DNA from: Octopus sinensis
Taxonomy: Eukaryota
Assembly: GCF_006345805.1 (NCBI RefSeq)
Contig: NC_043005.1
Coordinates: forward strand, 64,480,001-64,544,000
Reading direction: 5' to 3'
Length of the DNA stretch: 64,000 nt
Below, in pieces: positions 51,381-64,000 of this stretch. Under the pieces are notes generated by a model, which was not told the origin of the DNA, ran no database searches, and saw only the letters and a program-made list of their open reading frames with translations. The translations under genes were made by a program, and so were the position numbers. Position 1 is the stretch's first letter; each line of letters begins with the position of its first letter.

Positions 51381-53420
51381 AGAGTGAGAGAGCTTGAAAC
51401 ATACTTACACACATACACACACACACATTCATATATGCTTCTACCTATGTAAAGGGGTGTATATTTGTCATGAATCTGTATGTAGATGTGTGTGTGTGTA
51501 TACACAAGGAGGTTCTGTAAAGTTCCTGGCTTTAAGGGTATCACAAAAGGTCTGGCTGAAGGCCCAACCTTCTAAGTTTTTTTAGGTGGAGGCACATGGC
51601 TTAGTGGTTAGGTTGTTGGACTCATAATCATAAGACTGTGGTTTCAATCCCTTGACCAGGTAACGCGTTGTATTCTAGAGCAAAACACTTCATTTCACAT
51701 TTCTCCAGTCCACTCAGCTGGCGAAAAGTGAGTAATCCTACAACAGACTGGCATCTCATCCAAGACGGGAATCTGTATGCCATGGAAACCAGGAAACCAG
51801 CCCTTATGTGCTGGAATGACTCAAGAAGGTAACCTATACCTTACCTTTACCATCAATACTTTAACCTCTCAACACCTCACATAAAGCAATCACCTTCTCT
51901 CCTGTTCTCCTTTAGAGCTGAGGGGTGGAATCCTTTAATCTGGTGAGTTACAAGACACCCTCTACAGTGCTGGTGCCACAATAAAAGCACTCAGTACACT
52001 CTGCAAAGCAGTTGGAGTAAGGAAGGACATCCATCCAGAGAAACCCAGCCAAATCTGAGACACTGGAGTGAAATGTGATCCTCCGGCTTAACAAATCCTC
52101 TCAAAATGTCTAACCCATGAAAAGCAAATGTAAAAATGGTGGTGGTGGTGACGATGATGATGACGACGACAATGATGACGATGATGACAATATCATTGGA
52201 GTTATCTGTCTGGTTTGTTTTTTAGATTTTAAACACTGCTTCAGGGAACTGGTCATGCTTACTGCTTGGATAACCTTAGTGGGTTCATGTTTTTTGATGC
52301 AACATTTTACATACCCTGTTTATGTTTGGTTGGCACGTCGATGACAGAGGACTGAGATATGTGATACATTACTGTAACTGAATAGACCTGCCCACCACAA
52401 CATTCCTGTAACTGCTAGTCACTCCTTCCTCTCCTCTGGGCCACACCCAATGGACACCCATCCTTCAGTTTATATCATCATTCCTTGCTCGCATTTGACA
52501 TGGATACCCTCCACTCTTTTCCACTATTCACAACATACATACCCCTTTATACCTCTCACTAAAACCGAGGTACCACATAAAAAGCATTGGTGTGAGTACT
52601 GGTACCCTGTAAAAAGCACTGGTGACGGTACCATGTACAAAGCACCCAATACACTCTGTGGAGTAATTGGCACAAGGAAGGGCATCCAGCCATAGAAACC
52701 AAGCTTAAACAGACCATGGCCTTACCAGTTCCTGTCAAGCCATGTAACCTATCCCATCATTGAAAATGGATGTTAAATATTGCTGATGAGGATAACAATG
52801 TTGATGATGTACATTTCCTCAATTATAGCTCGTTACTGACTTTACAGGTATTCTTTAGGCCTGCTGACTGTCGTTCGTTGCCAGAACCATTTATCTTGTA
52901 GCATTACCCCTAAAAGTTAGTCACTAAGAAATATAAGAAAAGAAATTCCAATGCAATAACAATAACTTGGTTCCTAAGACACTGCTCTGCCTTGGTTGCA
53001 CTTGTAGTTACTACTTGCAAGCGTGTTTGGCTAGGTAGCATGTATCATGCTTTCACTAATTGTTTTAAAAGCCTATGAAGCCATAAACTGACAGCCACCT
53101 TCTTGACACTCTCACTCTTGACTTAATGGAACATGGAGGATGTGAAGGTTGGTGAGAGAGAGAGAGAGAGAATTACACCAGCATTTGGTTGATACTCATA
53201 ACAGCTGAGTAGACTGGAGCAATATGAAACAAAGTGCCTTACTGAAGGTCATAGATTTGATTCCCAGTTCAAAAATTAAATCCATTACATTATGATCGTG
53301 AATCCAACAAACTAACCTCTAGACCACTGATTGCCTTGATTACTAAGCAAGTAAATTAACGAGCTATTCCAAAATGTTTAACTTCCTCAACAATGGTTCA
53401 AAAGTAGATCATTGCTGTAC

Positions 53421-53577
53421 CTGTATTCATCCGATCAGCCAGAAATCCAATTTCTTTTTTCTTCTCAGTATATATTTGTTTATAGCCTTTGATGAAGGAC
53501 AAGTAAGATTTTGGTGTCACGTGTGTCTGTCGGCGGTAGCTGTTGAAATAGTCAACAGATAATCCAGACACAATATC
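53421..53577 (-). CDS. DNAH5: Dynein heavy chain exon 5 (AAA4 lid, start of stalk)
   Basis: [33 protein letters not shown]...RMNT(G); attcag/gtacag; 157 nt, phase 0 to 1. Confidence 0.95.
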
Positions 53578-54032
53578 CTGAATGAAATAAAGAATAAACT
53601 TCATTATGCCAACATTCACTGATTTGTATAAACATGAATTTGTTTTAAAACAGCTGTTAATGACTGTAAAGCAAGAGAGATATCAGGCTGACAATAAGTC
53701 AGGGAATATTACAATACTTTACTTCGCATCCATTTTTAATTTTCTGTTTCTCTGTTTTTCTATTCAGTTACAATCCTTCCCTTGTAACATGAACCGGTCT
53801 CTATACTATTAGCTAATTAACTTAGGTTTCGACTAGATCAGCTACCTGATGAGTGTATATATTCAGTGCCACTCTGAAAACAAGACATCAAAGTAGAAAA
53901 CAAGATATCAAAGTAGAATTACTAACTCACCATTTTCCATGATGAAAGTGAAGCCTTACCATTCATGCAATTTTCTTGAATTACTGAAACTATCAAAATT
54001 AAAATGGAGGAGTCTTATAGTAGAATTGTGAA

Positions 54033-54191
54033 CAGGAGTGGCTGTGTGGTAAGTAGCTTGCTTACCGACCATATGGTTCCGGGTTCAGTCCCACTGCGTG
54101 GTAACTTGGGCAAGTGTCTTCTACTATAGCCTCGGGCTGACCAAAGCCTTGTGAGTGGATTTGGTAGACAGAAACTGAAAGAAGCCTGTCG

Positions 54192-54228
<37 letters not shown>

Positions 54229-54450
54229 ATGTGTGTGTGTGTGGTGTGTGTGTGTGTGTGTGTGTTTGTTCCCCCAACATCGCTTGACAACTGATGCTGG
54301 TGTGTTTATGTCCCCGTAACTTAGCGGTTTGGCAAAAGGGACCGATAGAATAAGTACTAGGCTTACAAAGAATAAGCCCTGGGGTTGATTTGCTCGACTA
54401 AAGATGGTGCTCCAGCATGGCCACAGTCAAATGACTGAAACAAATAAAAA
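54033..54450 (+). mobile_element. SINE family A
   Basis: Full-length match ending 50 bp from exon 4. Confidence 0.85.
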
Positions 54451-54501
54451 AAAAAGAGTTAACAAGAAATGTTGACTTTTCACAAAAACTCTACAACTAA
54501 C

Positions 54502-54690
54502 CTGATAAGAACCCATAGTCTCTATCACAGCTTCTTTCACAGGATCTGAACAAATTATTTCAAAAGATGCAAGGAAATGATTTGACACAGCCACCAAAGC
54601 ATCTCTTGGCCAACCTTGAAACCAGTCCATAGTACATCCAGAAATCAAACCAGGGAACTGCAATGCTCGGCTTCGGAATTTCTCTCCAAC
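54502..54690 (-). CDS. DNAH5: Dynein heavy chain exon 4 (AAA4)
   Basis: [32 protein letters not shown]...MGSYQ; cttcag/gttagt; 189 nt. Confidence 0.95.
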
Positions 54691-55185
54691 CTGAAGCAAG
54701 AAACAAAACAATGCTAACGAATGGTGTTCTCTAAGAAACAACAAGACATGATTTTATTAATATCATGTTGAAACTTTGATGTTATTACAACATTTATATC
54801 ACCGTTGCTTTTATTGCTTTTATTTGTAAACCTAAATATAAAAGACAATCTTTGACCAGACTATCTTTCACTGACCATAGTGTGATCATTGTGTAATTTA
54901 ACATGCAATTAGTTTTCCATTGGGAACTTCTTAAGTGGCAGAAGCAAGTATCTGTATATTTGATAACAGAATTCCAGAAAGAGCCCTTCTAAATCATGTA
55001 CGTATAGTAACAGCTTAGAAATAAATTGCATTTTAGCTGAAGCAAAAATGATATTTCAGAAGTCTTCCCCAAATATGACACTAAATAATTAAATATTCTA
55101 AATAAATAAACTCCTGGATGTCAGATGCATAAGAATTATGATTTATTTCAGTTGTCAACTGTTTATTAGTGTAACTCAGTTTTCT

Positions 55186-55604
55186 TGTTATTTCTTTATT
55201 ACCCACAAGGGGCTAAACATAGAGGGAACAAACAAGGACATGCAAACGGATTAAGTTGATTACATTGACCCCAGTGCGTAACTGGTACTAAATTTATCGA
55301 CCACGAAAGGATGAACGGCAAAGTCGACCTCAGCGGAATTTGAACTCAGAACATAACGGCAGACAAAATACCCATTTCTTTACTACCCACAAGGGGCAAA
55401 ACACAGAGAGGACAAACAAGGACAGACAAAGGAATTAAGTCGATTACATCGACCCCAGTGCGTAACTAGTACTAAATTTATCGACCCCGAAAGGATGAAA
55501 GGCAAAGTCGACCCTGGCGGAATTTGAACTCAGAATGTAACGGCAGACGAAATACAGCTAAGCATTTCGCCCGGCATGCTAATGATTCTGCCAGCTCGTC
55601 ACCT
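55186..55604 (-). mobile_element. SINE family B, head-to-tail dimer
   Basis: Single 14-bp TSD taactcagttttct at 55172-55185 and 55605-55618. Confidence 0.85.
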
Positions 55605-55963
55605 TAACTCAGTTTTCTAGTGACTAGCACAAAGTTTTGTCAGTGAACAGGTCATGATTTCAAAGCAGTGAATATATTTTGACAAATTGATATTTAAATG
55701 TTGAAGTGAATCTAACGGTTTTTTGTGTGTTCTTAAATGGCTTACAAACATCTTCCATGCTGCAATCGTTATAATATTTTTGTTTTAGTGTTAAGTGTTA
55801 CTCTGAAGATAGTCAAATAACAAATTCAATAACTGACTAATTTTACATCATTCATAGATCTGACTCACGAGAGCACTTAATTGTTTTATTGATGGAAATA
55901 GATACAAAGTTTTATAGAAGTTAATCGTATCTTTGTAGTTTTGTATGTATTTAAAGTAAGAGG

Positions 55964-56216
55964 TGTAGTGACGCCATTTTGGAAGTCTTCAGCGTGCATA
56001 TGCAGAGTCGGATTTCTTCCAGGAGGCCGCCGGAAGTTCCCTCATGCGCATGCACAGAGAACTAGCAACAGCAAGATTTCTTGCTGTATTGATCTCTCTC
56101 AAAGCAGACACCGAATTGAACGGACGCGTTATCACATTGCTCCCAAGCTGCCAACACATGGCAAAGCTACACTATGCTTGTTCAAGACAGTATTTGGTTC
56201 ACACCATTTAACTACA
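55964..56216 (+). mobile_element. Probable solo LTR
   Basis: TGTAGT...ACTACA inverted termini around a CpG-containing block; no matching TSD seen. Confidence 0.55.
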
Positions 56217-57025
56217 ACGACTAGCTCCCATGGCTACTGGTTTGCCCTGAAGGAAATATCATCATCATCATTGTTTAATGTCCGCTTTCCATGCTAGCAT
56301 GGGTTGGACGATTTTGACTGAGGGCTGGCGAACCAGGTGGCTGCACCAGGCTCCAGTCTGATCTGGCAGTATTTCTACAGCTGGATGCCCTTCCTAATTC
56401 CAACCACTCCGAGAGTGTAGTGGGTGCTTTTACGTGCCACCGGCATGGGGGCCAGTCTGATGGTATATATTTTATTGTGAATCCAGAAAAATGAATATTA
56501 TTTATGCTGTTGAAGATATTCGAAGTCTTGATTTTCCTTCGGCAAGTAATTTAATGTAGCGGGATGAGACCTGCACCCCTCAAGTGTTCCAGACCTTTCA
56601 TCCTTGTTACAGAGGGATTAACAACTGAATATCTTAGTGAAGTTACCATATTCCTTAAGGAGGTATACACCATGTATTACCCTAAATAAATATTCTTTTG
56701 GAGCAAAAAAACATTCTATAGTCTGGTTGTGGTAGGAACCCACTCACAGGAGTCTTAGAGGAAAATAAGTTCTGTTAAATACAGAATGAGCAAAGGATTT
56801 CAAATGATTCCAGTGAGATGATCTACAGAAGATGGATCATAGAATTTGAACATTTAAAGAAGCATAGACTATTGCAAAAACAGTTTTAAAAAAACAGTAA
56901 AAACTGTGAGTTGAATTAGAATGTACTTGGTAACTAGGAAATAGGACATAAATGTACAACTGTGTTATTATGTAAAAAATCAAGTAAACCAATGGGCATT
57001 GGAGAAGATCATGAATAACACCTAC

Positions 57026-57190
57026 TGGGGAGAAACACAAAACCACATGCAAATTCTTCTTGACACGGCTGAGATAATAATCATAACAATTCTCATTTGT
57101 TGGCGGACGTCTTGGAAAGTCCTTCTTCATTGGAGCAAATAATTCCTGAATAATTTCATCGATTTCATCTCTGGCAAACAGGTTGGCAAC
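57026..57190 (-). CDS. DNAH5: Dynein heavy chain exon 3 (AAA4)
   Basis: [14 protein letters not shown]...LHVVLCFSP; tttcag/gtaggt; 165 nt, phase 0. Confidence 0.95.
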
Positions 57191-57903
57191 CTGAAACATG
57201 AAGAAAAATAATTCAGTGGAAATAAAGAAAGCCAATATTATTCTCAATGAAACAATCCTCACTAAAAATGCTCTCTTCATCATTGTCCTTATTACTGTTG
57301 ACAACAATAAACAATACATCACTACGATTATTAACCATTGAGATCAATGATGATCAGCTCCTCACTGCTTTAAATTTTTAAAAGAAATTAACCTAAACTC
57401 AGTATTCAACTGCTACCGGTGTACCCTCCTAACATTCTCAAATTTTTTAACATATTTTAGACAATAGGATATTCAAAACTTTTTTCTTCTTTTGATGGAA
57501 TTTCACAAATAAAAAAAACACCATTAAATATCAGATATCTTCAATATTACTACCAAACTAGATGAGGGAATTAGTTGGCTGTGAGATTCAAAGTGTAAGT
57601 TATTGATAGATTTTTAACATTAACCCATTAACATTTAAACTGGACCTATCTAGCCCAAATATTCTACCCGTTTTATGTTCAAACTGTCCACATCTGACTG
57701 CTCACACCTACCCTACAATGTCATTCTGAAAATAAACAATCACTTCATAAAAATCTCAAAGCTACAAGATCACTTCAAAACAATGCAATAAGCATTGCAC
57801 TTGACAGAGAACTCTGAATGCTAAATGGTTAATCTTTTATTTATTTATTTATTTTTTTTTTTGGTTTTATTCCTAAGGAAGCAAGATCTGGCAATAAACT
57901 TAC

Positions 57904-58057
57904 TTCTCCTGTTGCAAGGATATTATTCAAAAAGCCAAGAAAACCTTCTTCTTTGATTTCATTGTCAGTAAACAGAAAGGTAATACCTTTCCCATGCTGT
58001 CCAGCAGTACGATAAAGATACTTGAGGTCATCCATTAGGTTCGATGTAGTATATGAT
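57904..58057 (-). CDS. DNAH5: Dynein heavy chain exon 2 (AAA4)
   Basis: (R)[51 protein letters not shown]; tttgatag/gtaagt; 154 nt, phase 2 to 0. Confidence 0.95.
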
Positions 58058-58780
58058 CTATCAAATAAAATGATAAATAATAGAATTAGTTTAGTTTCCT
58101 TTTTTTATCTTTCAATCAAGGGGAAAGGGAGCACCTGTAACCTTTCACAGGGCTTCCAAGGTGAGTGGGGGCAAAGGAGGAAGATTTCCTCAAAGCAGTG
58201 AGCAGACCTGAATGCTTGCAAGAAAGTGGACTCAGCTAAGGTCACCAAAGGTGTCAGGTATTGTAGGGTCAGTCAGGAGATGGATAGAGTCTGCCATCCA
58301 TGTAGGCTACAATGGGATTTCAACTTGGAACACAAAGAGCAGGAACAAAGGCATTCAGTCAAATGTTCTTACAGTTCTATCAATGAACTCTTCTAGATTG
58401 GTACATTTCTATCAACTTAAAGAAGATCAAAAGCATAGTTACCATCACAGGATTTGATTGTCGAGTATATTACACTGAGTTAAATACCTCTCAGTCTGAT
58501 AAATCTACCAAGACATCACTTAAACCAATTCACCAACTTTGGGAAGAGTTTGAGAAGGCAGTTAATTTAAGGATTCGTATAAGTTATTTTTTTAATTAGA
58601 TGTTTTTAAAAATATACCAGGCATAGTTTGATGGAAAACAAATTTTTCTGAAGTAAAAGAGTTTTCAGGAACCATTGTAATACGTCCATTTATCCATTTT
58701 ACTCAAAAAGGAAGTTCTGTGGTCAAATGTGAAAAGGTATAGATGGAATAAAAAAGGTATAAACGGTATATGGATAGATA

Positions 58781-59166
58781 TGTTGCTGTTGGCACTCTGT
58801 TGCTCACGACAACGAGGGTTCCAGTTGATCCAATCAACAGAACAGTCTGCTCATGAAATTAACGTGCAAGTGGCCGAGCATTCCACAGACACATGTACCT
58901 TTAACGTAGTTCTCAGGGATATTCAACGTAACACAGAGTGACAAGGCTGGCCCTTTGAATAACAGGTACAACAGAAATAGGAAGTAAGAGTGAGAGAAAA
59001 TTGTGGTGAAAGAGTACAGCAGGATTCACCACCATTCCCTACTGGAGCCTCATGGAGCTTTAGCTGTTTTTGCTCAATAAACTCTCACAACACCCGGTCT
59101 GGGAATCGAAACCGCGATCCTATGACCGGGAGTCCACTGCGCTAACCACTGGGCCATTGCGCCTCC
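58781..59166 (-). mobile_element. SINE family C, full length
   Basis: Reverse-complement match to the family C head, with its own 3' tail. Confidence 0.8.
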
Positions 59167-59729
59167 AATGGATAGATATACTAGTATAAAAAAAGATATA
59201 AATGGAAGAAAGAAAATTATTTGACTTCAGTTGTTTGAAATTATTTTTAATAGGACTGTGAATTGCATCAACTGCTCTCAATGAAAAACATTTAGTGAAA
59301 GGAAGTGGCATTGTATGACAGCAAACCTTTCTTGAAGCTATAGATGGAATCAAATACTTCATTATACTTAAAAAGGCTATGTCAAGATAAATAGTTGCTG
59401 TGAAGTAGTCTCAGTTCAGCTGTTATTAAGAGGAAGTAATTTGAGAATAACTTGATGAGTTCACAAATTTATTGGCCTGTATGTACCAAGCCATCATGCT
59501 GGAGAGCATATTTTACACCCCAATATGTATAGGGTGTAATGAAACAATCTTGAGAAAAGGAACTCTACTCTGCCAACTTTATTTGTTTGCCTGTTGATTT
59601 CGGTGGTTGTCAGACTCAGCCAGAATATGACAGCTACCTACTGTTCCTCTGTAAATATTATGGGTGGTGTGCTGATATGTTAAATTATAATGCAAGTAGT
59701 AATTGGTAGAGCAAGTATCAAACTCTTAC

Positions 59730-59884
59730 CTGGTCAAAGTGATTTGGAAAGTGGTATACCCAGCAATGAATGAGGCCAGTCGTGTAAGACTCTGTTTTCC
59801 TGAGCCACCAACACCAACAAGAAGAGCATGTCCTTTAGTCGTGCAAATAATCCGGGATATTTTAATAAGGTGAATCATAGCATC
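59730..59884 (-). CDS. DNAH5: Axonemal dynein heavy chain (DNAH5/8-like), exon 1 of 16 in window; AAA4 P-loop
   Basis: Manual translation [51 protein letters not shown](R), with Walker A GVGGSGKQ. Acceptor caacag, donor gtaaga; 155 nt, phase 0 to 2. Not in the ORF track. Confidence 0.95.
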
Positions 59885-60042
59885 CTGTTGTAAGAGATGA
59901 AAAAGATTTTACTCTTTTAGGATCATGTTTCGGTTGAAATACAAATACACACTCCTTGTTTCAATTAATTTTGAATTAATGATGAAAAATTTACTAGACT
60001 AACTGAAATGATGTTTGAAACAAACTCGTATAACTCTTTTAA

Positions 60043-60253
60043 CTCTCTTTTACTTGTTTCAGTCATTTGACTGTGGCCATGCTGGAGCACCACCTTTTTA
60101 GTTGAGCAAATCAACCCCAGGACTTATTCTTTGTAAGCCTAGTACTTATTCTATTGGTCTCTACTGCCGAACCGCTAAGTTACTGGGATGTAAACATACC
60201 AGCATCGGTTGTCAAGCAATGTTAGGGGGACAAACACAAACACACAAACATGT

Positions 60254-60292
<39 letters not shown>

Positions 60293-60735
60293 GTAGTGTT
60301 TTAATAAAGTATATGATTCGGTATTATCTGATGGTTGATGATTGATTTAGATATATTTCTCCATTTTCTCATTTTGTATTATTAATTTACGGTAAAAATA
60401 ATTTTACCTTTGCCCACCTAATACAGTAAATGAATTAATTGCATCGCAATTTTTAACATTTATGTATTAGCTTTGTTGGGTACTTCTCTAGCAGTATATT
60501 GGATATATGTTATCCCATGGAGGGTTGAATTTACAACCCCTATCTCATTTTATATATATATATACACATATATATGACAGGCCTCTTTCAGTTTCCTTCT
60601 ACCAAATCCACTCACAAGGCTTTGGTTGGCCCGAAGCTATAGTAAAAGACACTTGCCCAAGGTGCCATGCAGTGGGACTGAACCTGGAACAATGCAGTTC
60701 GTAAGCAAGCTATTTACAACACACCCACTCCTACA
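60043..60735 (-). mobile_element. SINE family A, split by an unrelated insert of about 255 bp
   Basis: 3' half 60043-60290, 5' half 60575-60735. Confidence 0.78.
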
Positions 60736-61952
60736 TGTATGAAGTTTTGATGGGATATTTTAATTTAGATTTTTCTTTTAAATCAAAATGTTTGTATAGT
60801 AAAAATCAGAAGCAGTTCTGAGCAGGTTGTTATCAAAAGAGTCAAGAAGGAAATTGCAAAACTGAAACAAAAAATTAAAACACCTTTTATGATTAGGAAA
60901 TTATAGCCAGCACTGATTTATTATGAGGTTTCACAGCCGAATACATCTAATGTAAACAATGCAATTGGAAATGGAAAAATAGGTAATAGGTGTATAAGTA
61001 TATTTCAGGAGTTCTTGTTCTTTCTTCCATTCCATATCGTATATTCGTCCATTACTTATTTTCATATCTTCAATCAAATTGCTTACATTAAATATATCCA
61101 GATACAAAATGTTGTAACAAATCAGTGCTGGCTATAATTTTGATAGAAAAATCTGTAGAGACAACCTTAAAAAGTGATTTAATAACACTGCTAACACAGT
61201 AGAACATAGTATTTGACTTATAAAGCATTTAATATTCTTTGTAGTAAGGCGGCAAACTGGTAGAAATGTTTGCACATGGGGTGAAATGTTGAGCGGCAGT
61301 TTGTCTGTCTTTATGTTCTGAGTTCAAATTCCACTGTGGTCATCCTTTTGGGGGAGGGGGCAATAAATTAAGTACCAGTTACATACTGGGGTCGATCTAA
61401 TTTACCAAAATTTCAGGCCTTGTGCCTAGCGTAGAAAAGAATATTCTTTGTAGTATATCATGGTTGCAGAACAAAATACAGTGTCCCTACAAGTAACTAA
61501 TATGTACATACCAGCTGCCAGGAATGTGTATAATATGTAAAATTGGTATATCCATCCAATTAGTAACACCACTATATACAAGTTCATGGATGGTTAATGG
61601 GTTGGATGTGGTGAAGAATGAGCAAGAACTCTTGAAAGATGCATATACACTCATTTATCTATGTTTCCCATCTTCAATGGCATTGTTTACATTCAATGTT
61701 TTTGGATATGAAATGTCATAACAAATCAATGCTGGCTATGATTTCTATATTAAAATCTGTAGTGATAACCAACCATAAAAAGCAATTTAATAGTACTGCT
61801 AACACTACCGGTCACAGTATTGACTTATATAGTATAACATGGTAGCATAATGAAATAAAGTAAAAGATTGAAAAGTACATAATTGTTAGACAAAACATGT
61901 ATTATCATCTACAATAGCCATTAACTATGAAGGATGTATTCTTTATAGATGA

Positions 61953-62460
61953 CTAGCAGCTAAGCCCGGTTTCACCCGGTCTGTTTGGATAATGTGGCTG
62001 TGTTCATTTTCGATTAGGCATAATCTATAACAGCGTTTCTCAACCTTATCATTTTGGGTCCCCTGTTTCGATTGGAGCCTCCAGCTGTATGAAAATTTCC
62101 TGACCCCCACCCCGTCAGAAAACAGCTTCTAAGCAACTGGTTGTTTTAATGGCAGAAGAAAGTGGGAAATTCCATTAGAAAAAGATTTCATTGATTTTTT
62201 CAGTAAGTATGGGGGCTAGGGAAAAAATACAAACCGCATTCCAATCTATGCATCCATCTCCACATGCGTGCCATTTTTCACATGAATCCACCCAGCCGTT
62301 TGGCTGTGAACCTCAAGACAAGAAAGAATACAACAATCGCCCATGTCCAATTTATATTATAGATTTAATTGGCTACTGCATTATATGTTAATGTAGAGGA
62401 GAATTTCCCAAAGAAGCTGCTTGCATGTAAAACATATAGTAAAGTGCGGGCTAACATATT
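61953..62460 (-). mobile_element. Putative second Helitron family (3' end seen, 5' end uncertain)
   Basis: Minus strand CCGG-GTGAAA-CCGG hairpin followed by gcttagctgCTAG|T. Confidence 0.5.
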
Positions 62461-62771
62461 TAATGTTCTAAAGCAAAAATATTTTTTCATCAGTTGGAAT
62501 TAAAACTGTAATGAAAAACAAATTGGTAATTTTAATGCAAATTCATCTGATAAGATAGAAAGGAGATAATGCTGAGGTTTCAATTAAATGAAGCCGGTCT
62601 TCAGTAGTGAAGATGACAAGTAAGAAGATGTTTTTGTTAAAATCCTCCAGTGATGCTTAGTCAGACAACCTCAGAATAACTTGAAGAGTATATAGTTTTC
62701 ATGAGATATTGATTCATTGATTTGGCAATTTGAAATAATGGTTTCAAATGGTGCAATACTAGCAATTTAAA

Positions 62772-62957
62772 GTGGAGGGACGAGTTGATTATAACAACCC
62801 CAGTATTCAACTGGTACTCATTTTATTAACCCCCATATGGCTGAAAAGCTATGTCAAACTGAGAAGAATTCGAATTCAGGATGTGATGATTCAGAGGAAA
62901 TGCTGCTAAGCATTTCATATGATGTTGCTAATAATTCTGCCAACTTGCCACCTTAAA
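62772..62957 (-). mobile_element. SINE family B (diverged)
   Basis: 11-bp direct repeat agcaatttaaa at 62761-62771 and 62958-62968. Confidence 0.65.
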
Positions 62958-62994
62958 AGCAATTTAAAATAACACAATACAAGTATTTTGTTGT

Positions 62995-63760
62995 CAGGAC
63001 ATATTTATCTGCTTTGAACGGTTTTTCATATGCTGAATCCAAAAATGGAATCCATTTTTTATCAAGTCTACATTTCAAGGCACCAAACCCAACAATTTTC
63101 ACAATTTTCCTCATTTTTCAGGAAAATACATTATTTACGAGAAATTTAGCACAAAACTTCATGAAGATGATGACCAGGGAAAATCAACCAAAGCAGAGGA
63201 AGCTACAGATGATCTGAATTACTTGGGCACTAGCTCATCAGATCCACAGCTATTGGATCAAAATTAATTCAGTTACTTGGTAAGGGACTTCCACTTATCA
63301 AAGGAATCTGCAAAAGTTCTTGCATCTTGATTAAAAGAAAGATGGAACCAAAGTCCCCTATTATCACCCTAGGGATGCTGAATTTTTTCAGTTCTTCACA
63401 GAAAATGATGAGTGGAATATAAGTGGAATATAATGCATGTGATTGGTGCCTTTTAATTGCTAGCTCAAAAAGGAGTTTGAAATGTCTTCTACTTCATAAT
63501 GGAAATATACTGGCTTTTGTTCTAAATGCTTATTCTACAAAACTAGCAGAAAAATATGAAGTCATGAAAGCAGTGCTAGAGAAAAAGAAGTACCACAATC
63601 ATCAGTGGGTGAAATGTGTGGACTTTAAGATGGTCAGTTTTCTCCTGGGGCAACAAAGTCCATACACCAAATTTCCATGCTTTTTATGCATATAGGACAA
63701 CAGAGCCAGGGAAAAACACTGGACGACCAAAGAATGGTTGTAGCAAACATTAGTCTTAGT
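62995..63760 (+). mobile_element. DNA transposase fragment, possibly Chapaev/CMC-like
   Basis: ORF 63423-63695 W.L.I.SSKRSLK.LLLHNGN...CVDFKMVSFLLGQQS.YTKFPCFLC; family assignment from memory. Confidence 0.55.
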
Positions 63761-64000
63761 GTGTTTTAATACATCAAAAAATGCCTTTCCAATCTCCCAC
63801 TAGCACTAGAGACTGGGATTTTCCCAGAAAGGCTTTAAGACATTTGAAAAAATTGGGGCATCCTATTCCTGTTAAAGCATAGTTTTCTTGAAACCCTGCC
63901 CTTATTTCTAAGTTGAAGAAGTTTACCCAAATCTCACAAACTTAACTTTTCCAGAACAATACCAAAGTCTAACAGACCACAGGATAAGTACATTTCATAT

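Noticed and set aside
53820-53885. CTGATGA...GAAAAC and GTTTCG motifs suggesting a third hammerhead
   Set aside because: Helix II does not abut GAAA, and there is no NUH triplet or helix I on either strand
57020-57026. Possible read-through CFSPVGV at the end of exon 3
   Set aside because: The gtaggt donor after CCA plus exon 4 starting GTT GGA GAG gives the conserved CFSPVGEKFR, so the overlap is coincidental

Overview
AT-rich, microsatellite-dense eukaryotic intronic DNA. Its repeat complement resembles an Octopus (cephalopod) genome; that assignment is an inference. The only protein-coding gene is a minus-strand axonemal outer-arm dynein heavy chain of the DNAH5/DNAH8 type. I reconstructed 16 consecutive GT-AG exons (59884 to 1386, 2962 nt, about 987 aa). 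All splice phases are compatible and there is no stop codon. They cover AAA4, the stalk and microtubule-binding domain, AAA5 and the strut region; both gene ends lie outside the window. The introns, one of them 22.6 kb, are filled with decayed mobile DNA: four tRNA-derived SINE families, RTE and CR1-group LINE remnants, a Penelope-like (PLE) RT/GIY-YIG remnant, a near full-length IR/DR Tc1, a mariner deletion derivative in 2 copies, Helitron, piggyBac and hAT non-autonomous elements, Gypsy pol and solo-LTR pieces, and a Chapaev-like transposase fragment. The most interesting unannotated signals are: (1) two PLE-type minimal hammerhead ribozyme motifs lying sense to the dynein pre-mRNA; (2) a LINE/SINE shared 3' stem-loop with compensatory base changes; (3) an unclassified asymmetric hairpin element with AATT-ending target-site duplications; (4) a Tc1 with an inverted duplication of its flank; (5) SINE-internal (TA)n tracts repeatedly used as landing pads. 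Protein comparisons are from remembered family motifs, not database searches, and most repeat boundaries are approximate.
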